From Candidatus Cryptoclostridium obscurum (GTDB lineage Bacteria; Bacillota; Dehalobacteriia; UBA7702): a DNA stretch of 64,000 nt. The notes below the pieces were generated by a model. The model had not been told where the DNA came from. It searched no databases and saw only the letters and a program-made list of their open reading frames with translations. The stretch spans positions 33,537-97,536 of the forward strand of contig CAJFVQ010000083.1 of the NCBI GenBank assembly GCA_904420535.1, read 5' to 3'. Shown here one piece after another: positions 30,198-37,902 of this stretch. Numbering within the stretch: the stretch's first letter is position 1; each line of letters begins with the position of its first letter. A program made the translations under genes and the position numbers.

Positions 30198-30236
30198 ATA
30201 GGGCTACGACGTTTTTACGTTGCAGCCCTTTTCATC
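30198..30236 (+). terminator. Imperfect hairpin plus T tract after hfq
   Basis: gggctacgacgt / ttttt / acgttgcagccc followed by ttttc. Confidence 0.45.
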
Positions 30237-30262
30237 ATGAAATAAATTAGTTGGAGAATTTT

Positions 30263-31480
30263 ATGAAAACTTTTTCGATGTTAGAAACCAAAGGTCTAGA
30301 AGCAGTCCATACATGGTATCAACAGTATCTTCCTACGGAATTACATAACCAAAAAAAGGTATTGAACGCTTTTCGAAACCATCGCGTTAATTACCAACAT
30401 TTTCATACCACCACTGGATATGGCATGGGAGACACCGGTCGGGATACCTTGGAAAGTTTGTGGTCCGAGATATTTTCCGCGGAAGACAGTTTGATCCGCC
30501 AACAAATTGTCTCGGGTACCCACGCCATCAGTTTGGCTCTTTTTGCAATGTTATTGCCTAACGATGAGATTGTTTTTTACGGTCCCCCTTATGATACGTT
30601 ATTTAAGGTTTTGGGAGATCGCGTAGATGCCCCCGGCACTCTCCGTGAAATGAATATTAATATCAAGATTCATCCTTACGGGGATCTGGATACAATTTTT
30701 GATTCCGTTACCGCAAACACGAAAGTGCTTTATTTACAGCGTTCCAAAGGGTATGTGTATCGTAATGCCATGACCATTGGGGAAATCAAAACCATCACCC
30801 AAAAGGTAAAGGCAAAATACCCAAATCTCATCGTTTTTGTTGATAATTGTTATGGTGAATTTACGGAAAAAGAAGAACCTCTGGAAGCGGGGGCGGATCT
30901 GATTGCTGGCTCTCTGATTAAAAATCCGGGGGGCGCCATCGCGCCGTCGGGAGGGTACCTTGCGGGACGCAGTGACCTGATCGAGCGGGCATCTTATCGT
31001 TTGACGGCGCCTGGTATTGGCAAAGAAGTGGGGCCGAGTCTTATCAGCAATGTTTATCTTTATCATGGCATTTTTGTGGCGCCCCATGTCGTTTCCGAAT
31101 CTTTAAAAGGCATGACTTATATCTCAGCAATTTTAGATGAGCTGGGATATGCTTTGTTGCCGGGTAAAGAGGATATCAAAAGCGATATCGTAACAGCCAT
31201 CCGCTTTGAAGACGCTGAGAAAATGAAATCATTTTGCCGCGGCGTACAAAAATATTCCCCGGTGGACTCCCATGTTTATCTGGAAGCTTGGGATATGCCG
31301 GGCTATAGCGATAAAGTCATTATGGCGTCGGGAGGATTTGTGGAAGGATCATCCATCGAATTAAGCGCCGACGGCCCCCTGCGTGAACCTTATGTATGCT
31401 TCATACAAGGAGGAACTTCCTTTCCTTACATTAAAATCGTTATGGATAGTATTATCCAAGAAGAGTGGGGCATAGAATAG
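30263..31480 (+). CDS. Methionine gamma-lyase family / 'aluminium resistance' family PLP protein
   Basis: About 405 aa with Met_gamma_lyase-like regions. Frequently found downstream of hfq in Clostridia. Confidence 0.65.
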   Translation: MKTFSMLETKGLEAVHTWYQQYLPTELHNQKKVLNAFRNHRVNYQHFHTTTGYGMGDTGRDTLESLWSEIFSAEDSLIRQQIVSGTHAISLALFAMLLPNDEIVFYGPPYDTLFKVLGDRVDAPGTLREMNINIKIHPYGDLDTIFDSVTANTKVLYLQRSKGYVYRNAMTIGEIKTITQKVKAKYPNLIVFVDNCYGEFTEKEEPLEAGADLIAGSLIKNPGGAIAPSGGYLAGRSDLIERASYRLTAPGIGKEVGPSLISNVYLYHGIFVAPHVVSESLKGMTYISAILDELGYALLPGKEDIKSDIVTAIRFEDAEKMKSFCRGVQKYSPVDSHVYLEAWDMPGYSDKVIMASGGFVEGSSIELSADGPLREPYVCFIQGGTSFPYIKIVMDSIIQEEWGIE

Positions 31481-31507
31481 ACAAAAAGCAAAAAGGGAGC
31501 ATGAATC

Positions 31508-32824
31508 ATGACTTTCTTTTTTCAATTTTTGTCAGAACTGATCTGGTCTCCTCTCCTTTTCGGAGCATTGATTTTTTTGGGAGCATATTTTTCGGTAAAG
31601 CTCCGTTTCCTGCAAATAAGAAAGCTTCCTCAAGGCCTCTATGAGGCCTTTTTTCATTCATCATCGATAGGGGGAAAGGGGGATATTTCTCCTTTTCGTG
31701 CCTTAATGACCTCGTTATCGGCAACTGTTGGCACTGGAAACATCGTTGGTATTGCGGGAGCACTAGCCATAGGAGGTCCCGGAGCACTCTTTTGGCTTTG
31801 GGTCTCCGCATTTCTTCTCATGCCGGTGAAATATGCTGAAGGATTTCTTGCAGTAAAATTTCGGAAACGAAACCGAGGTGGTGAGTACTGCGGTGGGCCG
31901 ATGTACTATATTGAACATGGACTCGGAAAGAAATCTCTTGCTGTGATTTATGCCTTTTGCGGTCTTTTGGCCAGCTTTGGCATCGGCAATATGGTGCAGT
32001 CAAACTCCATGGTTTTGGGAGCGGAACAACTGCTTTCTGTGCCTCCTAAGATGACTGCAATCATTACGATGATTTTGGCTGGGCGGATTCTGTTTGGAGG
32101 CATTCAAAGGGTTGGAAAATGGGCTGGTATTTTAACACCATTCATGGCGCTTTCCTACCTACTTTTGGGTGTTCTATTTCTTTTTAGAAATTATCAGGAA
32201 ATTATTCCGGCATTGCGAGAGATTTTATGGGGAGCTGTGGGAGGAGGAGCAGAACCTTTTGTGGGGGGAATTTGCGGCACTGCTTTTATTAGCGCAATGC
32301 GAGCCGGGATCTCCCGTGGCATTTTTGCTAATGAAGCTGGGCTGGGCAATGGCGCTATTGCTGCAGCTGCGGCAAAAACAAACTCTCCATCGTCGCAAGG
32401 ACTAGTTTCCATGAGCGGGACGTTCATCGACACCCTGGTCTTTTGTTCCGTTACCGGTTTGGTCCTGGTAATTAGCGGTTCCTGGTCTGATCAGAGTTTA
32501 AATGCAGTAGCAATGACTACTGCCGCCTTCTCTTATGGGTTTCCTCATATTGGCAGTATCATCGTTAACAGCAGTTTACTGGTCTTTGCTTTTACTACCA
32601 TTATTGGCTGGTCATACTATGGAGAACGTTTTTGCGAATACCTTTTTGGAGAAGGCAAAGTGAAATATTATAAACTGATTTTTACTGCTATGATTTTTAT
32701 TGGAACCATAATAAAATCCGACAGTATTTGGTACCTGTCGGATTTCCTCAATGGAATCATGATGATTCCCAATTTAATCGCTATTTTCTTTTTGAGAAAA
32801 TTGATCATTAAAGAACGCCCCTAG
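31508..32824 (+). CDS. Alanine/glycine:cation symporter (AGCS family)
   Basis: About 11 TM segments. AGCS signatures (GGPGALFWLW, GNGAIAAAA). Confidence 0.85.
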   Translation: MTFFFQFLSELIWSPLLFGALIFLGAYFSVKLRFLQIRKLPQGLYEAFFHSSSIGGKGDISPFRALMTSLSATVGTGNIVGIAGALAIGGPGALFWLWVSAFLLMPVKYAEGFLAVKFRKRNRGGEYCGGPMYYIEHGLGKKSLAVIYAFCGLLASFGIGNMVQSNSMVLGAEQLLSVPPKMTAIITMILAGRILFGGIQRVGKWAGILTPFMALSYLLLGVLFLFRNYQEIIPALREILWGAVGGGAEPFVGGICGTAFISAMRAGISRGIFANEAGLGNGAIAAAAAKTNSPSSQGLVSMSGTFIDTLVFCSVTGLVLVISGSWSDQSLNAVAMTTAAFSYGFPHIGSIIVNSSLLVFAFTTIIGWSYYGERFCEYLFGEGKVKYYKLIFTAMIFIGTIIKSDSIWYLSDFLNGIMMIPNLIAIFFLRKLIIKERP

Positions 32825-32826
32825 CT

Positions 32827-33483
32827 TTATTTAAAGCTGCGAAACAGCCCGATCACTTTGCCGATAATTTCAACATTTCGTGCATAAATCGGCTCCATGG
32901 AAGAATTTTCCGGCTGCAAGCGCACTTTGTCTTTTTCCTGGAAAAACCGCTTTACTGTGGCTTCGCCTTCGATCATCGCGGCAACGATCTCTCCATTATG
33001 GGAGATATTACATTTTTCCACAATGACATAATCACCGTCCATAATGCCGGCTTCAACCATACTTTCTCCTTTAATTTTTAAAACAAAAGTTTCGTTTTGA
33101 GGTCGAAAAGTATCCAGGGGCAGGGGATAATAATCTGTAATGTTTTCTTGTGCAAGAATGGGGGAACCGGCCGCGATTTCGCCCACAATGGGAATCATGG
33201 AAATTTCTTTTTGCGGAATGTTATTGTCTTCATCTTGACGGTAAATTACTTCAATGGCTCTCATTTTTCCATCATTTTTGTGAATATATCCTTCTTTTTC
33301 CAAAGTTTGCAAATAATAATACACCGTTGAAGTGGATGGAATCATGAGGGCGTTGCAAATCTCTCTTACCGTAGGAGGAAAATTATTTTTTTTACAAAAA
33401 TCTTCAATAAATTCAAAAACGAGAGCTTGTTTTTGGGTAAGCCCCGGATATTTGCTATCAGCCACAGATTTTTTTCTGGCCAT
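32827..33483 (-). CDS. lexA: LexA repressor
   Basis: Winged HTH N-terminus. S24 peptidase C-terminus with an Ala-Gly cleavage site (EIAAGSP) and Ser/Lys dyad (GESM...KRF). The start is the second ATG, which is the one with proper RBS spacing. Confidence 0.85.
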   Translation of the reverse strand: MARKKSVADSKYPGLTQKQALVFEFIEDFCKKNNFPPTVREICNALMIPSTSTVYYYLQTLEKEGYIHKNDGKMRAIEVIYRQDEDNNIPQKEISMIPIVGEIAAGSPILAQENITDYYPLPLDTFRPQNETFVLKIKGESMVEAGIMDGDYVIVEKCNISHNGEIVAAMIEGEATVKRFFQEKDKVRLQPENSSMEPIYARNVEIIGKVIGLFRSFK

Positions 33484-33630
33484 ATTCATCTCCTTTATGA
33501 GAACTTATTTTCTATTATACAATATTTTGGGCAAAGATTCAATCGTTTTTATCCATATTTCTCTAGGGTGATCTGACTTGACAACGTATCATTAGATTTT
33601 TTATGATATAAACATCTTAAAATAAGTGAA

Positions 33631-34110
33631 GTGGGTTTTATGAAAATTGATATCTTCCGCATCGCTCCAGAAACACAAGAAAGTGCAAGGTGCCTTGTAG
33701 GTAGGGTTTTTATGGAATTTGTTGCGCCGGATTATTCTGAAGAAGGAGTAACATCTTTTCTAAAATTTATTCATAATGAGGCCATGTTCAAAGATTTAGA
33801 AGTATGGGGAGCATGGTGTGAAGGATCATTGGTCGGAGTGATCGCTTTGGACAAGCAGAAACAACATATTGTGTTATTCTTTGTCGATCAACGGTATCAT
33901 CGTTGCGGCATCGGTAAAAATTTATTTCGGCTGGCAGTGAAAGAAAGTGTGGGAAATAAAATTACCGTAAACTCCTCTCCTTTTGGCGTTCCGATTTATG
34001 AAAAGCTGGGATTTTTTGCCGATCAAAATGAGCAAACTGTCGATGGAATCCGTTATACGCCCATGACGTATTGGAAAGTAGCAAAAGGAGGCAATGATAC
34101 ACCTTCGTAA
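33631..34110 (+). CDS. GNAT family N-acetyltransferase
   Basis: HRCGIGKNLF acetyl-CoA binding motif. About 159 aa. Confidence 0.65.
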   Translation: MGFMKIDIFRIAPETQESARCLVGRVFMEFVAPDYSEEGVTSFLKFIHNEAMFKDLEVWGAWCEGSLVGVIALDKQKQHIVLFFVDQRYHRCGIGKNLFRLAVKESVGNKITVNSSPFGVPIYEKLGFFADQNEQTVDGIRYTPMTYWKVAKGGNDTPS

Positions 34111-34198
34111 AAACAAAGTAGAGATTTTACAGCACCATAATAGAGAGACCCTTTGATGAACAGTGTATTACCTGAAAATTTGAAAGGAGAATGAATCT

Positions 34199-34897
34199 AT
34201 GATTCGTCAAATTATACAAATCAATGAAGAAAAATGTGACGGCTGCGGACTTTGCGCCGAAGCTTGCCACGAAGGAGCCATCAGCATAGTACGAGGCAAA
34301 GCGAAGCTGATTCGCGATGATTACTGCGACGGTTTGGGTGATTGCCTGCCCGCCTGCCCTACAGGCGCAATTTCCTTTACTCAAAGGGAAGCTGCTGCAT
34401 ACGACGAAGCCGCTGTCATTGAACATCAAAAGAAAAAGTTTAATCCGCACCTCAGTGTTTGTCCGGGGAGCAAGCCTAAGGCTTTGCAATGCGATCAACA
34501 TGTTTCCTCTACCTGTTCTTCGTCGGAAAACAGTTCTCAGTTGCTTCAGTGGCCGGTTCAGATTAAGTTGTCGCCGGTAAGTGCTCCTTATTTTAACGGC
34601 GCACATCTTTTGATTGCCGCAGATTGTTGTGCTTATGCTTATGGGAATTTTCACCGGGACTTTATGAACGGCAAGATCACATTGATCGGCTGTCCTAAGT
34701 TGGATGAGTTCGATTATAGCGAAAAACTGACAGAGATATTAAAACAAAATGATATCAAAAACTTGACAGTTACAAGAATGGAAGTTCCTTGTTGCGGTGG
34801 TATTGTAAAAGCTGTGACAACTGCTCTAAAAAACAGTGGTAAGTCCATTCCTTGCCAGGTGATTACTATTTCTACCAATGGTATGATGTTGGATTAG
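34199..34897 (+). CDS. 4Fe-4S dicluster ferredoxin-domain protein with a C-terminal Cys-rich (MvhD/FlpD-like) domain
   Basis: Two CxxCxxCxxxCP motifs at the N-terminus. C-terminal region contains ADCCAYAY...GCP...PCCGG. Confidence 0.55.
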   Translation: MIRQIIQINEEKCDGCGLCAEACHEGAISIVRGKAKLIRDDYCDGLGDCLPACPTGAISFTQREAAAYDEAAVIEHQKKKFNPHLSVCPGSKPKALQCDQHVSSTCSSSENSSQLLQWPVQIKLSPVSAPYFNGAHLLIAADCCAYAYGNFHRDFMNGKITLIGCPKLDEFDYSEKLTEILKQNDIKNLTVTRMEVPCCGGIVKAVTTALKNSGKSIPCQVITISTNGMMLD

Positions 34898-35102
34898 CCA
34901 TGCAAGGAGATTGTTATTAATCTTTACCAAAGGAAGCCTTCGGTCGTATGATTATCACAAATCTGTATGATAAGTGATAATTAGGAGCGGATTTTTGCTT
35001 TCAAAGGAGAAAATAGTGAGGATAGATATCGGAAATGTTAGATGAAAATAAAATAGTCTTCATATATTAAAAGCATTTTATAAATTAAGCATAATGTGCA
35101 TA

Positions 35103-35131
35103 TTTACATCATTTCTTTCCGGTGATATAAT
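35103..35131 (+). promoter_or_regulatory. Predicted promoter for ddh
   Basis: TTTACA, 17 nt spacer, then extended -10 TGaTATAAT. Confidence 0.35.
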
Positions 35132-35167
35132 AATTTTGACGCATAAAAACAAAAGGGTGATGAAATC

Positions 35168-36154
35168 ATGACGATAAAAATAGGCATTTTAGGCTATGGA
35201 AATTTAGGACGCGGTGTGGAATGTGCCGTAAAACAATGTTCTGATATGGAACTTACAGCGGTCTTTACACGTAGAAATCCCACTTCCGTTACGATTTTAA
35301 CCCCAGGTGTTCCGGTGAAGCATATGGATGATCTATTATCCATGAAAGACAATATTGATGTATTAATCCTCTGTGGCGGCAGTGCTACAGATTTACCGGA
35401 GCAGACTCCCCAATGGGCAGAGCATTTCAATGTCATCGACAGTTTTGATACCCATGCTAAAGTGACCGAACATTTTGAAGCTGTTGATAAGGCAGCACAG
35501 AAGGGAAAGAAAACAGCCGTTATTTCTGTGGGCTGGGATCCTGGAATGTTTTCTCTAAATCGTCTTTATGCCAATGTAATTCTTCCCGTAGGTTGCGACT
35601 ATACTTTCTGGGGGAAAGGGGTAAGTCAGGGGCATTCCGATGCAATACGGCGTATCAAAGGTGTAAAAGATGCTCGACAGTACACCATTCCCATTGACAG
35701 TGCATTGGAAGCGGTACGAAGTGGCAAGAATCCGCAATTAACTACCCGTGAAAAGCATTTGAGAGAATGCTATGTCGTTGCGGAAGATGGAGCTGACCTT
35801 GAGGCCATCGAAAGAGAAATTAAGACTATGCCCAATTATTTTGCCGATTATGATACCATTGTCAATTTTGTTTCACAGGAAATATTGGACCAGGAGCATA
35901 GCGGAATTCCTCACGGTGGATTTGTTATTCGAAGCGGTAAAACCGGTTGGGAAGAGGAGCATGGCCATATTATCGAGTATTCTTTGACTTTAGACTCCAA
36001 TCCTGAATTTACCTCATCAGTATTGGTTGCTTATGCCCGGGCTGCATACCGGTTGAATGGCGAGAAAAATTTTGGTTGTAAAACGGTTTTTGATATCGCT
36101 CCCGCGTATCTATCACCGAAAAGTAATGCGGAATTGCGCAAAGAAATGCTCTGA
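35168..36154 (+). CDS. ddh: meso-Diaminopimelate D-dehydrogenase
   Basis: NAD(P) binding GILGYGNLGRG. About 328 aa. Confidence 0.85.
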   Translation: MTIKIGILGYGNLGRGVECAVKQCSDMELTAVFTRRNPTSVTILTPGVPVKHMDDLLSMKDNIDVLILCGGSATDLPEQTPQWAEHFNVIDSFDTHAKVTEHFEAVDKAAQKGKKTAVISVGWDPGMFSLNRLYANVILPVGCDYTFWGKGVSQGHSDAIRRIKGVKDARQYTIPIDSALEAVRSGKNPQLTTREKHLRECYVVAEDGADLEAIEREIKTMPNYFADYDTIVNFVSQEILDQEHSGIPHGGFVIRSGKTGWEEEHGHIIEYSLTLDSNPEFTSSVLVAYARAAYRLNGEKNFGCKTVFDIAPAYLSPKSNAELRKEML

Positions 36155-36173
36155 TTTTCTTTATTGGATTTTG

Positions 36174-36212
36174 ATACCTCGTTGATTATTTTAACGAGGT
36201 ATTTTTATGTTC
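36174..36212 (+). terminator. Rho-independent terminator
   Basis: atacctcgtt / gattatttt / aacgaggtat followed by ttttat. Confidence 0.6.
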
Positions 36213-36319
36213 AGATGTTGTCTTGATTTGCCTTTTCTTTCATCTTTTGATAAGATAATAAGGAACGGAACCGTATTGGTTCTTTCGAATCATTTGTCAG
36301 TGAGGAAGGATGGCATTTT

Positions 36320-36913
36320 ATGGAAGAATTGATCCAAAAAGCCATAAAAGGTGATGAGGACGCCTTTACCGCACTGGTTCTTCGCTATCAACACCAGATT
36401 TATCATATTGCCTATCGCTTTTTTGGACATAAACAGGATGCCGAAGATGCGACACAAAATACAATTATTAAAATATACCGTTCTCTCCATATGTATCGGG
36501 AAGGAAGTTCTTTTAAAAATTGGGTTTATACGATTACGATGAATACCTGTCGCGATATGATGCGAAAAGCCAAGCGAACCCCGAGTGTATCTTATGATAA
36601 TGATGAAAATCGATCGGTTTTACAAATAAAAACAGATCGCAGGGAAGATAATCCGGAAGATTCCATGATGGGAAAGGAAGAAATGGCCCAATTGGAATCT
36701 GCCATTGCGCAGCTTCCTGAGGAATATCGCACCGTAATTATTCTACGTGAATTTAGTATCTTGACATATGAGGAAATTGGCAATATTTTGAATATCTCTT
36801 TGGGCACCGTAAAATCGAGAATCAGCCGTGGACGAAAAATTCTTCGTGAACAATTAATTAAAAATGGGAACAATCGCTATCGCAGCAACGTAGAGCAGAT
36901 AGAGGAGGGATAA
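36320..36913 (+). CDS. ECF (sigma-70 family group IV) RNA polymerase sigma factor
   Basis: Region 2 (YRFFGHKQDAEDATQNTIIKIY) and region 4 HTH (LTYEEIGNILNISLGTVKSRISRGR). Confidence 0.85.
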   Translation: MEELIQKAIKGDEDAFTALVLRYQHQIYHIAYRFFGHKQDAEDATQNTIIKIYRSLHMYREGSSFKNWVYTITMNTCRDMMRKAKRTPSVSYDNDENRSVLQIKTDRREDNPEDSMMGKEEMAQLESAIAQLPEEYRTVIILREFSILTYEEIGNILNISLGTVKSRISRGRKILREQLIKNGNNRYRSNVEQIEEG

Positions 36914-36915
36914 CG

Positions 36916-37782
36916 ATGGAATGTCAACGCATACGAGAAAATATTTCCGCATACATCGATGACGAACTCTCAGCGGAGGAAAAAACTGCGTTTAATGAGC
37001 ATTTGTTGCATTGCGAGCATTGCCGCGAAGAATATCGCACAACATTGTTGCTCTCCCAGGATATTAGCTCATTGCCCCTTTGTGAAACAGAACGTGATTT
37101 TAGCAAAGAATGGAAACGTTTTGTCAGATTGGAGCAAGGAGAATTTGTTCCCCGCCATGCAAAGCGAAAATATCACAAGGAAACAAGAAGGAGTCCATAT
37201 TTTAAAGGAGTTTTGGCCATTGCCGCTTGTCTTCTATTAATATCGGTTGCTGCCGTTGCCGGGACTGATTTCCTCTTCGAGCATAATCTTTCTATTTCCG
37301 ATGCTGGCAGTTCCGATCAAGTATTGGAGGAAAACCAACCGGTCTCATCCTATGATGAAAGTGAAATAACTCAAGGTAGTGAGATGGATGAAATAAGTCC
37401 CAATGATGAATCTGATAATACATCTGACAGTCAGACCAAACCCCAAGAGTCCGATGATTCCTTGATTGATGCACCGAGCGTTTCTCCATCAAATTTTGAA
37501 GACAGTATTGATCTCCAGGAGGGAACCGCTCAAATTGTATTATCGGCGGAAAACACTGAATCTATTGTGGAATATTTGGCTCACAATACTTCTGCTGAAG
37601 TGGAAGAGTATAGTAACGACGCGATAACGTGCATGGTAGCGCCAGAGTATTTTTCAAGTTTTTTGGAAAACCTGTATACAAAAGGCTACCTTCAGAGCGA
37701 GGCATATGAACGATTGTCCTCCTGGAATTTATCGGAGTCTAATTCTCAGGTCATTACTTGTACTCTTACCTTAAATCAATAA
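36916..37782 (+). CDS. Anti-sigma factor: zinc-finger (ZAS-like) N-terminus, one TM helix, acidic extracytoplasmic domain
   Basis: HxxxCxxC motif (HLLHCEHC). TM segment. Asp/Glu/Ser-rich C-terminal domain. Translationally coupled to the sigma factor. Confidence 0.65.
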   Translation: MECQRIRENISAYIDDELSAEEKTAFNEHLLHCEHCREEYRTTLLLSQDISSLPLCETERDFSKEWKRFVRLEQGEFVPRHAKRKYHKETRRSPYFKGVLAIAACLLLISVAAVAGTDFLFEHNLSISDAGSSDQVLEENQPVSSYDESEITQGSEMDEISPNDESDNTSDSQTKPQESDDSLIDAPSVSPSNFEDSIDLQEGTAQIVLSAENTESIVEYLAHNTSAEVEEYSNDAITCMVAPEYFSSFLENLYTKGYLQSEAYERLSSWNLSESNSQVITCTLTLNQ

Positions 37783-37902
37783 AAGTGTTTCGCTCAAAAA
37801 GGTTTTTTCCCTTTTTGGGCGAATTTTATATCCTTTAAGCATAAGAAAGCGTTTGTGAATCTGCCGCGATATCGCGATATGTTAGTTATTTGAGGTGAAT
37901 TT

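Noticed and set aside
34898-35167. Lysine riboswitch (L-box) or T-box upstream of ddh
   Set aside because: None of the conserved L-box helices or GAGGCGC/GGTGAAAG-type blocks are present. There is no T-box AGGGTGGNACCGCG sequence. The region is AT-rich with a promoter only about 35 nt from the start codon.
36255-36295. ECF-type autoregulatory promoter (GGAAC ... CGAAT) upstream of the sigma factor gene
   Set aside because: GGAAC is present twice. The spacing to the CGAA/CGTA-like -10 candidates is 14 or 19 nt, not the expected 16-17 nt. It is too uncertain to report as a feature.
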